Assembly: GCA_026391215.1 (NCBI GenBank)
Contig: JAPLDX010000058.1
Coordinates: 64,001-128,000, forward strand
From: Bacteroidia bacterium
Lineage (GTDB): Bacteria > Bacteroidota > Bacteroidia > Bacteroidales > VadinHA17
Reading direction: 5' to 3'
DNA length: 64,000 nt
Positions 19,085-28,380 of the stretch are shown here, in pieces. A program made the translations under genes and the position numbers. How positions within the stretch are numbered: the stretch's first letter is position 1; each line of letters begins with the position of its first letter. The notes under the pieces are model-generated. The model was not told the DNA's origin and did no database searches. It saw nothing but the letters and a program-made list of their open reading frames with translations.

Positions 19085-20416
19085 GTGAAAAGGAAGAAAG
19101 AAGATAAGGCATTGAATGAATTATTCCGGCAAAAGCTTGGAAATGCAGAGATAATTCCTTCGCCTTCTGTCAGCAAAGCGATGATGCGCAGGCTTGCAAG
19201 AAGAGAATTTCTCCATTTCAATACGGTCAGACTTAATATCTGGTACGCCAGCGGTGTAGTTGTAATCGGAGCTGCTCTTGCACTTATTCTTTCTTCCGGT
19301 CCTGGGAGCAATGATCAGAAACTACTATCCCCGGTTTCAGGCACGATCAATGAGACAGGTGTAATTAATGACAGGACCACGGATAAAACCGGTCTTCCGG
19401 ATGTGAAGCAAGCCGTTGATACGAGGGATTCACGGGTGAAAGTGAATGTCAGCTCTAAAAAGCCATCCACGAGAATTGATGATGATGGGATTATAAAGGA
19501 AAATCCAGAAAAGAAAGAAAATATTGTCTCCCCCACAGAGGTACCTTCCATTCCTGAAGGAGGTCTGTTCAAGGATGTCATTACTGAAAAGAACAAGATT
19601 CAGCCTGGTGCAAGAAAGATTGATAACCTGATCGGAGCATCTGTTACGGAAGGATGCACTCCGCTTAAAGTTATTTTTAAAAACAGGGCACTGTCATACG
19701 ATTCCTGCAGATGGACATTTGGTGACGGTGGTCATTCGTACGATAAAAATCCTGAATGGTTATTTGATGTTGAAGGGGAATATGAAGTTATCCTTCAGGT
19801 CTTTAATCATACTGGCAACCAATCATTATCTTCACTTATTATTAATGTTCATCCTAATCCTGCAGCACGTTTTGAGATTACTCCCGAGAATGCCCTGATA
19901 CCTGACAATGAAATAACTTTCCTTAATTATTCTACAAACGCTGAAAAATACAATTGGGATTTCGGTGATGGGAGCACATCGGAACTCTTTGAACCCAAGC
20001 ACTCTTACAGCAGGTATGGAAATCTTAATGTCAGGCTGATAGCCTCTTCAGAATATGGATGTTCCGACTCACTTGTTGTTCTTAATGCATTTGGATCAGG
20101 ATACTATATCCGGTTCCCGAATGCATTTATGCCAAATCCAAATGGACCATCAGGTGGTTATTATTCCGCCAGTAGTGATGAATTCGCATACGTATTTCAC
20201 CCAGTGTGTTCAGGAGTATCCGACTATCAGCTGAGAATATTCAGCAGGAGGGGAATACTGGTCTTTGAAAGCAACGATGTGAATATTGGATGGGATGGTT
20301 ATTATAAAGGTCAGTTTAGCGATCCCGGTGTATATATCTGGAAAGTACGAGGAAATTATATAAACGGGGAACCATTTACATTAATGGGTGATGTCACACT
20401 AATGAAGAATAAATAG
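19085..20416 (+). CDS. Anti-sigma-like membrane protein with 2 PKD domains and a T9SS type-B C-terminal domain
   Basis: N-terminal ELFRQKLGNAEIIPSPSV; TM helix WYASGVVVIGAALALIL; low-complexity linker; WTFGDG and WDFGDG PKD motifs; PNAF.PN...IFSRRG..VFES...GWDG...GVY.W CTD. Confidence 0.8.
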   Translation: MKRKKEDKALNELFRQKLGNAEIIPSPSVSKAMMRRLARREFLHFNTVRLNIWYASGVVVIGAALALILSSGPGSNDQKLLSPVSGTINETGVINDRTTDKTGLPDVKQAVDTRDSRVKVNVSSKKPSTRIDDDGIIKENPEKKENIVSPTEVPSIPEGGLFKDVITEKNKIQPGARKIDNLIGASVTEGCTPLKVIFKNRALSYDSCRWTFGDGGHSYDKNPEWLFDVEGEYEVILQVFNHTGNQSLSSLIINVHPNPAARFEITPENALIPDNEITFLNYSTNAEKYNWDFGDGSTSELFEPKHSYSRYGNLNVRLIASSEYGCSDSLVVLNAFGSGYYIRFPNAFMPNPNGPSGGYYSASSDEFAYVFHPVCSGVSDYQLRIFSRRGILVFESNDVNIGWDGYYKGQFSDPGVYIWKVRGNYINGEPFTLMGDVTLMKNK

Positions 20417-20450
20417 TATTCTTCTGAGATTCCCTGAAATCCGGCTTTTG

Positions 20451-20501
20451 CATTCATCATTCAAAACCGGACGTTCATCACAATTAAACCTCCATTCATT
20501 A
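20451..20501 (+). promoter_or_regulatory. Three 9-bp direct repeats at 21-bp period (LytTR-type operator)
   Basis: CATTCATCA (20451), CGTTCATCA (20472), CATTCATTA (20493). Confidence 0.6.
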
Positions 20502-20558
20502 AAAAACTTAATGAAACATATCACTTTTGACGGAAATTTTCGTTAAAATGAATGATTT

Positions 20559-21602
20559 ATGATCGGATTTCACTATTTTCGTCAACCTAAACCAATGGGA
20601 GTGACATTGCTGAGGAGGATTATATATATATGTTTACTGACTTTTCTCCTGTTTTTAGATGGTTTTAGTCAGGATCCGACATTCTCTCAATTTTATGCCA
20701 ATCCGCTTTATTTATCACCATCTTTTGCCGGTGCCACTGAGGAATACCGCCTTGGAATGAATTACAGGGACCAATGGCCGGCAATCCCCGGGGTATTCCG
20801 TACATACAGCATTTCGTTCGATAAAGCAATGATCAATTTCAATTCAGGAATTGGTGTTCTTGCAACATATGATGTTGCAGGTACCGGAGAATTGAGCACA
20901 ACAAATATCGGACTTCTTTATTCCTACGATTTCAATATCAACAGGGAATGGCATATCAGGCCGGGAGTGAACTTCAAATTTTATTACCTGGGTCTCGATC
21001 TTGCAGCACTCACATGGAGCAGCAGTTTAAGAGGAGGGGGAACACCTTCACCTACAATTCATCCTCCTGCGTTTGATAAAGTTGCTGACGTCGATTTTGC
21101 AACATCCGCTCTGGTTTATAACGACAGATACTGGGGAGGTTTTACTCTTGACCATCTCCTGGTGCCCAAAACATCATTCTATGGTACAGAAGGCACCACT
21201 GTGCCGATTAAATTCAACCTCTATGGAGGTATGCAGATCATTAAAAAAACAAGGCTGAGAACCAAACTAAAGGAGGTGCTTTCAGTTGCATTTAATTTCC
21301 AGACACAGGCTAAGTTTTTCCAGACAGATATCGGATTATATTATTATAAAGATCCTCTGATTTTCGGATTATGGTACAGGGGAATCCCTCTCATAACATC
21401 CCAGGCAGGAGATGCAATAATAGGACTTGTGGGTATCAAAACCAATCAGCTTCATATTGGATATAGTTACGATTTCACTATCTCGAACCTGATCAGCTCA
21501 TCAGCCGGAGCTCACGAAATCTCTCTTATTTATGAATTCACATCATTTACTGTCGGCTCACAACGAAAAAAGATCAGAGCTCTTCCCTGCCCGGAATTTT
21601 AA
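20559..21602 (+). CDS. PorP/SprF family T9SS outer membrane protein
   Basis: QDPTFSQFYANPLYLSPSFAG, NYRDQWP, GYSYDFTIS, GAHEISL, terminal CPEF; true start may be 20595 or later. Confidence 0.92.
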   Translation: MIGFHYFRQPKPMGVTLLRRIIYICLLTFLLFLDGFSQDPTFSQFYANPLYLSPSFAGATEEYRLGMNYRDQWPAIPGVFRTYSISFDKAMINFNSGIGVLATYDVAGTGELSTTNIGLLYSYDFNINREWHIRPGVNFKFYYLGLDLAALTWSSSLRGGGTPSPTIHPPAFDKVADVDFATSALVYNDRYWGGFTLDHLLVPKTSFYGTEGTTVPIKFNLYGGMQIIKKTRLRTKLKEVLSVAFNFQTQAKFFQTDIGLYYYKDPLIFGLWYRGIPLITSQAGDAIIGLVGIKTNQLHIGYSYDFTISNLISSSAGAHEISLIYEFTSFTVGSQRKKIRALPCPEF

Positions 21603-21646
21603 TTTACGGCCGGACCCTTTACCATATAATTTTAATTTCAGGCTGC

Positions 21647-21676
21647 TTATAGTGCTATTTGTTATAGTGCTATTTG
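21647..21676 (+). repeat. Perfect 15-bp tandem duplication in a promoter region
   Basis: TTATAGTGCTATTTG x2, just upstream of the TATATTTG -7 box at 21686-21693. Confidence 0.75.
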
Positions 21677-21728
21677 TTTAATTGTTATATTTGCGCCTGA
21701 CTATTGTTTAACAAATATTTATTGGACG

Positions 21729-22331
21729 ATGAAGAAACTTTCTGTTATACTGTTTTCTGTTATATTCCTGGCTATAGCGCTTCTATATTTCTTCTATTTC
21801 ACAGGAATTGCAAAAGGTAAAAAAAGCGATAAAAAACCAGAGCAGTCTGAAGTTGCAGCTGCAGGAATAGCATATGTAAATGTAGATAGCCTTATCACTA
21901 AGTTCGATATGTTCTTTGATCGCAGGGATGAACTGATGGAAAAGCAGAATAAAGCCGAAGCCGAACTAAATTCAAAGGCAGGTCAGTATGAAAAAAATGC
22001 AAGGGATTATCAGGAAAAGGTAACAAAGGGACTTGTAACAAGAGCCACAGCAGCAGAAATGGAACAGGCCCTTATGCAGCAGCAGCAGGAACTGATGAAC
22101 CTTCGTGATAACCTTCAGTCGAATCTTCTTGAAGAGGAACAGGTTATGAACAGGCAGATACTTGAGTACATTACCTCTTTTCTTGAGGAGAGCAAATCGG
22201 AATACAATTATCAGTATATTCTGGGCAAGAGCTTTGGCGGCCAGGTTCTCTATGGAGATTCCGCTCTTGACATCACACAAAAAGTGCTTGATGCGATAAA
22301 TGCCAAGTATCAGGCAGAGAATAAAAAATAA
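21729..22331 (+). CDS. OmpH/Skp family protein with N-terminal membrane anchor
   Basis: IAYVNVDSL, coiled coil, VLYGDSALDIT. Confidence 0.88.
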   Translation: MKKLSVILFSVIFLAIALLYFFYFTGIAKGKKSDKKPEQSEVAAAGIAYVNVDSLITKFDMFFDRRDELMEKQNKAEAELNSKAGQYEKNARDYQEKVTKGLVTRATAAEMEQALMQQQQELMNLRDNLQSNLLEEEQVMNRQILEYITSFLEESKSEYNYQYILGKSFGGQVLYGDSALDITQKVLDAINAKYQAENKK

Positions 22332-22333
22332 TC

Positions 22334-23605
22334 ATGGGTTTCGCCTCGTCATGGCTGAACCAGAGGGCTTTATTCCCTGAAATTATAGAAGAGGCGCCTG
22401 ATAATCAAACAGGTATCATAGTTGTTGTACCTGCTTTTGATGAACCGATAGTCACTCCTCTCCTCAATTCCCTTAGTTCATGTACGGATCCGGAATGTAA
22501 AACTGAGGTGCTGTTCATAGTAAATGCACCGAAAGATGCGTCAGCTGAAAGCATGATCAACAATGAAAAGTGCATTCAGAACATAGAGAGCTGGAAAAAT
22601 AGTAACAAAAGTTTTTTCCGGCTTTTTGTTTTTGATGCGGGGCAATCCCAGAAAGAAGGATGGGGGGTGGGGCTGGCAAGAAAAACAGGTATGGATGAAG
22701 CAGTCCGGCGATTCAGTTCAATAGAGAAACCTGATGGTGTGATAGTCTGTCTTGATGCAGACTGTACTGTGGAACAGAATTATTTTACTTCAATCTGTAA
22801 TAAGCTTCTGAAGAATAAGGAACATACTGCATGTTCAGTATATTATGAACATCCCCTTGCAGGAGGAGAATTCCCTGAGAGGATATACAGGTATATTGTA
22901 CAATATGAGCTTCACATGAGGTATTTTGTTCAGGGTCTTAAATACGCAGGATTTCCTTATGCATTTCATACTGTCGGATCTGCCCTGGCTGTAAAAGCGC
23001 TTCAATATGTCAAAGCAGGAGGGATGAATCGCAGGCAGGCAGGCGAAGACTTTTATTTTGTTCAGAAGCTGATCCCGTCAGGAGGTTATTTTGCACTTAA
23101 TACGACGACAGTTTACCCATCACCAAGAGAATCTTTCAGAGTGCCATTTGGAACAGGAGTGATGATGGCCAGGCTTATGGTTGAAGCGGAAGAGCAGCTC
23201 ATGACTTTTAATGTTGATGCTTTCAGAGAGCTGCGGATATTTTTTGATATTGCTGAAAAATTGTATGAAGCCGGCAAACTTGAAATAATGGATCTTTATA
23301 AGATGCTTCCACCTGGAGTTAAGTCCTTTATTGAGGCAAATGAATGGGCAGAAAAAATCTCAGAGATAACAACCAATACCTCCTCGCATGAATCATTCAT
23401 GAAAAGGTTTTTCAACTGGTTCAACATGTTCAGGATAGTAAAGTATTTGAATTATGTTCATACAGGGGTATTCAATAAAAAAGCAGTTGCAGATTCTGCC
23501 TTTGAGCTTCTCGGAATTTCAGGATCGCACTTCGCTTCGTCAGGTCCCTTGGAACTGCTGTTATATTACAGATCGCTGGAAAAAGATGCACCGGGGAGAG
23601 ATTAA
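22334..23605 (+). CDS. GT2-like glycosyltransferase
   Basis: VVVPAFDE, GVGLARK.GMD, LDAD (DxD), AGEDFYF, R.S.RVPFGTG. Confidence 0.8.
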   Translation: MGFASSWLNQRALFPEIIEEAPDNQTGIIVVVPAFDEPIVTPLLNSLSSCTDPECKTEVLFIVNAPKDASAESMINNEKCIQNIESWKNSNKSFFRLFVFDAGQSQKEGWGVGLARKTGMDEAVRRFSSIEKPDGVIVCLDADCTVEQNYFTSICNKLLKNKEHTACSVYYEHPLAGGEFPERIYRYIVQYELHMRYFVQGLKYAGFPYAFHTVGSALAVKALQYVKAGGMNRRQAGEDFYFVQKLIPSGGYFALNTTTVYPSPRESFRVPFGTGVMMARLMVEAEEQLMTFNVDAFRELRIFFDIAEKLYEAGKLEIMDLYKMLPPGVKSFIEANEWAEKISEITTNTSSHESFMKRFFNWFNMFRIVKYLNYVHTGVFNKKAVADSAFELLGISGSHFASSGPLELLLYYRSLEKDAPGRD

Positions 23606-23940
23606 TTATTCTTTCTGCTGATTTCCCGGTCCTCCCGGGGAGTGAGTATTATATAAAGATCTTCGTCAGGTTTTTTCATGCGATATTGTTCCCTGGCAAA
23701 TTTCTCCAGGTTCTCATTGTTTGTCTTAAGCTCCCTGAGCTTCTTCCTGTCAATCTCAACCTTATTTAAATAATACTCCCTTTCACTCTTCAGCTTTTTA
23801 AGCTCCCGGATCTCTTTGTACCTGGATATCAGGTTATTTGAATCCAGAAATAATAACCATATCAGGAAGATAAGGATTGTAAGAATATATTTATTCCTGA
23901 AAATTACCGGGATCTTGTCTATGAACTTAAACCTTAACAT
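23602..23940 (-). CDS. ftsB: Septum formation initiator FtsB/DivIC
   Basis: TM helix, coiled coil, LEKFAREQYRMKKPDED. Confidence 0.88.
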   Translation of the reverse strand: MLRFKFIDKIPVIFRNKYILTILIFLIWLLFLDSNNLISRYKEIRELKKLKSEREYYLNKVEIDRKKLRELKTNNENLEKFAREQYRMKKPDEDLYIILTPREDREISRKNN

Positions 23941-23966
23941 TCTTATGCAAACCTACAACTATTTTT

Positions 23967-24170
23967 TTATCCTCCGCTCATGAGGTAGAGCATCTGAACA
24001 TTATCTCCTTCATGGATAATCGTGGTATCATATTTCTCTTTAGGTATCAGTGAACCGTTAATCTTTATTATTCTCATCCTGAATGAGAATTTCTTCAGTT
24101 CAATCATCCTGGTGACGCTTATTGTCTCCTCCGCGAATTCCTCTTTCCTGTTATTCAGTATTATTTTCAT
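23967..24170 (-). CDS. thiS: ThiS/MoaD-like sulfur carrier
   Basis: Ubiquitin-like size, EGDNV...MSGG C-terminal diglycine; start adjusted to 24170. Confidence 0.85.
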   Translation of the reverse strand: MKIILNNRKEEFAEETISVTRMIELKKFSFRMRIIKINGSLIPKEKYDTTIIHEGDNVQMLYLMSGG

Positions 24171-24184
24171 AAACGTCAATGTTC

Positions 24185-24772
24185 TTATTTCTTAAGCATC
24201 AGGATCTCGATAACTGTATTTGCCTGCATGTTTGCAACAATACCAACCCTTGGTGCCATTGGAGGAAAGTCTTCACCGGCAGTTGTCAGTTCATCGCCAC
24301 AGATGTAAAGGGTATCATCAATCTTCCTTGATCTTATGCTTTCATTGTTCCCGTAGCCGGCAAGCCCTGAACCGATAATTACCGGAATCCCCGGCATTTT
24401 TAGCTGGATTGTCTCAATAAGCATTTCCTTCATTTCGTCACTGTCAAAAGCTTCAACAATGACATTACAACCAGCAAAAACCCCTGGTATATTCGATATA
24501 TCCAGCGTTACACAGTGAGTAATTACGCTTACATTCGGATTGATACGCAAAATATTTTCTTTAATTGCATCGGTTTTCAGCATTCCTTCCTGATCAGAAA
24601 AATAGTACTGACGGTTCAGGTTTGCCGGTTCAACTACATCAAAATCAGCTATGACCAATGTTCCGATGCCGCACCTGGCAAGTGCAACGGCACAGTTTGA
24701 TCCAAGTCCTCCTGCCCCTGCTATCCCGACACGGAATTTACGAAGATGTGATTCAATTTCAGAAAATCTCAT
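24185..24772 (-). CDS. thiF: ThiF-type sulfur-carrier adenylyltransferase
   Basis: GIAGAGGLGS, DFDVVE..NLNRQ, VEAFD, APRV...ANMQAN. Confidence 0.9.
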   Translation of the reverse strand: MRFSEIESHLRKFRVGIAGAGGLGSNCAVALARCGIGTLVIADFDVVEPANLNRQYYFSDQEGMLKTDAIKENILRINPNVSVITHCVTLDISNIPGVFAGCNVIVEAFDSDEMKEMLIETIQLKMPGIPVIIGSGLAGYGNNESIRSRKIDDTLYICGDELTTAGEDFPPMAPRVGIVANMQANTVIEILMLKK

Positions 24773-24870
24773 TAAAACAGATCATTATGAATACAGTAAC
24801 AAATATACGATTTGTAAAATATGTTGTAATGTTGAAAAACTGTAAGAAACTAACAATACCGGTAACTTAT

Positions 24871-24900
24871 TGACTTATCTCATACTGACTTATATCATAC
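24871..24900. promoter_or_regulatory. Tandem 15-bp repeats, each containing TGA-N6-TCA, upstream of the AOR promoter
   Basis: TGACTTATCTCATAC TGACTTATATCATAC; TAACTTTG -7 box at 24921-24928. Confidence 0.55.
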
Positions 24901-24973
24901 TGAACCTGACTGAAATTTCGTAACTTTGACTTATTGGTCATTACTGCAGCAATAAACTTAAAATTGAATATTT

Positions 24974-27127
24974 ATGGATATCGGATCGATTAAAGCCCAG
25001 CACAAGCTTTTAAAGGAGTGGAAATACAATTGGACTCCACTTGACAAAGGCTATACAGACAAGATCCTCTATATAAATGTTGGTACTACAGAGATAAAGG
25101 CTAAGAATGTTCCTCCAGTGATGAAAGAAAAATTTATTGGAGGGAAGGGATATGGACTAAGGCTCCTCTGGGATGCAACAAAACCTGACACTGCATGGGA
25201 TAGCCCTGATAATGAGATAATTATTTCATCAGGTCCTATTGGCGGCATAACGCAATACTCCGGATCCGGCAAATCACTGGTGGTAAGCCTTTCACCCCAG
25301 ACCGGCTCCGTTATGGACAGTAATGTAGGCGGTTTTTTTGGCCCTTTCCTTAAGTTCTCAGGTTTTGATGCCCTCGAGATGCAGGGCAAAGCTGAGAAAA
25401 ACGTGATAGTATTCATTGATGGGATAAATCATAAAGTGGAGATATTTGAAGCTCCGGCCGAAGCCATTGACAGTCATGTCCTGGCAGAACAGTTAACGGA
25501 GATGTTTGCCGATAATGACAGTGAAAAGAAGAATATCGGGGTAGTCTCTTCAGGATCAGCAGCTGAACATTCTCTTATAGGTATGCTCAACTTCAGCTTT
25601 TATGACTTAAAACGAAAGAAAGTCCGTATGAAGCAGGCCGGAAGGGGAGGTATAGGAACAGTCTTCCGTAATAAAAAGATCAAGGCTCTGGTATGTAAAA
25701 TTCCAGGCGTAAAAGGGAATCTTAATAATGTAGTTGATCTTGAGGTAATTATGGAAAGGGGCAGAAGATTCAACAAGGAGATCCGTGAGCTTGATGATAA
25801 GCAGTGCCAGATGCGTCAGGTAGGTACGGCGCACCTGATGGAAATAATGAATGACCATGATCTTCTTCCTGTACATAATTACAAGTTTGGCAGTCACCCC
25901 GATGCATATAAGATCGATTCATCGGTGTGGAAGAATAACTTCACCCAGAATAACCCGGATGGCTGCTGGGTAGGCTGTAATATGTCGTGCTGTAAGGCAG
26001 TCGACGATTTTGAAATAAAGACTGGTCCCTATAAAGGGAAAAAGGTGATCGTCGATGGTCCGGAGTATGAAAATGCGGCCGGACTTGGGTCAAACTGCGG
26101 TATTTTTGATCCCGGGTATATTATTGAAACGAATTTTTACTGTGATACATACGGTATCTGTACAATAACATGGAGCACTCTCACGGCATTCATAATGGAA
26201 TGCTATGAGAATGGTATCCTGAACAAAGAGAGAACAGGCGGCCTTGAATTGAAATTTGGAAATTCTGCCGCTGCTCTTGAGCTTATCCATCAGCTGGCAC
26301 GCGGTGAGGGATTCGGCAAGATAGCAGGATTGGGAGTCCGCAAGATGAAAGAGCTGTTTATCAAAAACGAATGGGGCGACGCAGGTTTTCTCAATGATAT
26401 TGGGATGGAAAACAAAGGCCTTGAGTATTCACAGTACATGTCGAAGGAATCTCTTGCCCAGCAGGGAGGATTCGCACTTACAAACAAAGGGCCCCAGCAC
26501 GATGAGGCATGGCTTATATTCATGGATATGGTCAACAACCAGATACCAACCTTTGAAAATAAAGCCGAAGCGCTTCATTATTTCCCTATGTTCAGGACAT
26601 GGTTCGGACTTGTCGGATTATGCAAGCTCCCGTGGAATGACGTTGAGCCTGAAAACAATGCCCAAACTGCTGAACCTGCAAAAGTGCCGGAACATGTTGA
26701 TAACTATGTGACTATCTATAAGGCAGTTACAGGCCGTGAGTTCGACAAGAAGAGGCTTATTGAAGATTCAGAAAGAGTATATAATTTCCAGCGGGTATTT
26801 AACCTCCGGCGCGGATTTGGAACCAGGAAGTGGGACAGGCAGCCCTATCGTGCTGCCGGACCTGTGACAAAGGAAGAATACGAATCGAGAGCTGAACGAT
26901 ATGACAAGCAGCTAAAAGAAAAGGTAAATATTGATCCCGCCGGAAAAACCACCGAGAAGAAATTGAAGATCATGCGTAAATACAGGGAGGATCAGTATGA
27001 AGGGCTTCTTGATGCTGTTTACCTGAGGCGCGGATGGAACAACAACGGAGTGCCTAAAATTGAGTTCCTGAAAAAGATAGGAATGGACTTTCCCGAAGTG
27101 ATTGAAGTTGTCAGCAACTATCAATAG
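24974..27127 (+). CDS. Tungsten-type aldehyde:ferredoxin oxidoreductase family enzyme
   Basis: SPQTG..DSNVGG, AGRGGIG, GCWVGCNMSC, GPEYE, CDTYGICTI, GLCK, RGW motifs of the AOR/FOR family. Confidence 0.92.
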   Translation: MDIGSIKAQHKLLKEWKYNWTPLDKGYTDKILYINVGTTEIKAKNVPPVMKEKFIGGKGYGLRLLWDATKPDTAWDSPDNEIIISSGPIGGITQYSGSGKSLVVSLSPQTGSVMDSNVGGFFGPFLKFSGFDALEMQGKAEKNVIVFIDGINHKVEIFEAPAEAIDSHVLAEQLTEMFADNDSEKKNIGVVSSGSAAEHSLIGMLNFSFYDLKRKKVRMKQAGRGGIGTVFRNKKIKALVCKIPGVKGNLNNVVDLEVIMERGRRFNKEIRELDDKQCQMRQVGTAHLMEIMNDHDLLPVHNYKFGSHPDAYKIDSSVWKNNFTQNNPDGCWVGCNMSCCKAVDDFEIKTGPYKGKKVIVDGPEYENAAGLGSNCGIFDPGYIIETNFYCDTYGICTITWSTLTAFIMECYENGILNKERTGGLELKFGNSAAALELIHQLARGEGFGKIAGLGVRKMKELFIKNEWGDAGFLNDIGMENKGLEYSQYMSKESLAQQGGFALTNKGPQHDEAWLIFMDMVNNQIPTFENKAEALHYFPMFRTWFGLVGLCKLPWNDVEPENNAQTAEPAKVPEHVDNYVTIYKAVTGREFDKKRLIEDSERVYNFQRVFNLRRGFGTRKWDRQPYRAAGPVTKEEYESRAERYDKQLKEKVNIDPAGKTTEKKLKIMRKYREDQYEGLLDAVYLRRGWNNNGVPKIEFLKKIGMDFPEVIEVVSNYQ

Positions 27128-27134
27128 ATGAGAT

Positions 27135-28316
27135 ATGGAAATGATACCATTTGAGAAAGCCTATGAGATAGTAATGAACTCCTCATTCATCACCGGTAAT
27201 GAAAAAATTCCGTTCACTGAATCATTAAACCGGATACTGGTCACTGATGTTGTCAGCGATATAGATATGCCCCCTTTCAATAAGGCATCAGTTGACGGAT
27301 TCGCATGTAAAAGATCAGACCTGGCAGGTGAACTGGAGGTGATTGAAACTATCCCTGCAGGAAGGTGGCCGGAAACGAGTGTAGGCAAAAACCAGTGTTC
27401 ACGCATTATGACTGGTGCAGCTGTTCCCCAGGGTGCTGATTGCGTCATAATGGTTGAAGATGTCAAAACATTTCCGTCGGGAAAAATCAGACTAACAGGC
27501 TCTTACAGTAAAGAAAATATAGCATTTAAGGGAGAGGATATCAAAAGAGGAGAGGTTGTCCTTAAAAGCGGAAGACAGATCAGTCCCCAGGACATAGCAG
27601 TCATGGCAACTGTCGGACATACATCAGTGACTGTCGGCAAGAGACCAAAAATAGCTGTCATCAGCTCAGGGGATGAGCTTGTTGAACCTGATATAGTTCC
27701 TGTAAATTCCCAGATCAGGAACTGCAATTCATACCAGCTGATTGCCCAGGCGGAGAGGGCAGGAACAAAACCTGTATATTATGGTATAGTAAAGGACGAT
27801 GCCGATGCGACATATTCAATAATTACCAGTGCGATAGACGAAAATGACCTGGTTCTTATTTCCGGAGGTGTTTCCATGGGTGATTTTGATTTTGTCCCTG
27901 CCGTTCTTGAAAAAGCAGGAGTGAGAATTATCTTCACAAGAGTTGCCGTTCAGCCGGGGAAGCCGACAACTTTTGGGGTACATCCGAAAGCGATTGTCTT
28001 CGGACTTCCCGGTAATCCGGTCTCCTCGTTCGTACAGTTTGAGCTCCTGGTCAGGCCTCTGATAAATAAAATGATGGGATTTCTCTGGGAGCCTTTAACC
28101 ATATCATTGCCTATGAGAGAAAGATACTCCAGGAAATCGGCCGACAGGATAGCGCTGATACCTGTCAGCATAACTGGTGACGGATTCGTATTCCCGGTGG
28201 AATTTCACGGTTCAGCCCATATTTCTGCGCTTCCTTCGGCTTCTGGCATTGTGGCAATGCCTCTGGGAGTAAACACATTTGAGAAAGGCGAAATGGTAAA
28301 TGTTCGTCAGATATGA
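27135..28316 (+). CDS. moeA: Molybdopterin molybdenum/tungsten transferase
   Basis: PPFNKASVDGFA, IMTGAAVP.GAD, SGDEL, SGGVSMGD.D, PGKP, LPGNPVS. Confidence 0.95.
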   Translation: MEMIPFEKAYEIVMNSSFITGNEKIPFTESLNRILVTDVVSDIDMPPFNKASVDGFACKRSDLAGELEVIETIPAGRWPETSVGKNQCSRIMTGAAVPQGADCVIMVEDVKTFPSGKIRLTGSYSKENIAFKGEDIKRGEVVLKSGRQISPQDIAVMATVGHTSVTVGKRPKIAVISSGDELVEPDIVPVNSQIRNCNSYQLIAQAERAGTKPVYYGIVKDDADATYSIITSAIDENDLVLISGGVSMGDFDFVPAVLEKAGVRIIFTRVAVQPGKPTTFGVHPKAIVFGLPGNPVSSFVQFELLVRPLINKMMGFLWEPLTISLPMRERYSRKSADRIALIPVSITGDGFVFPVEFHGSAHISALPSASGIVAMPLGVNTFEKGEMVNVRQI

Positions 28317-28380
28317 CAGGATACATTATAAAGCTTATAAAAAATGGATCTTCCTGATAAATTCGAAGTACTGGTTATAA
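28300..28380 (+). pseudogene. Possible 5' remnant of moaA overlapping the moeA stop
   Basis: ATG 28300 reads MFVRYDRIHY, resembling the MoaA start M.D.(F/Y).R.I.YLR; no radical SAM motif follows. Confidence 0.35.

Noticed and set aside
23967-24772. Thiamine biosynthesis operon or TPP riboswitch
   Set aside because: No thiC/E/G/H nearby and no recognisable TPP aptamer in the upstream region.
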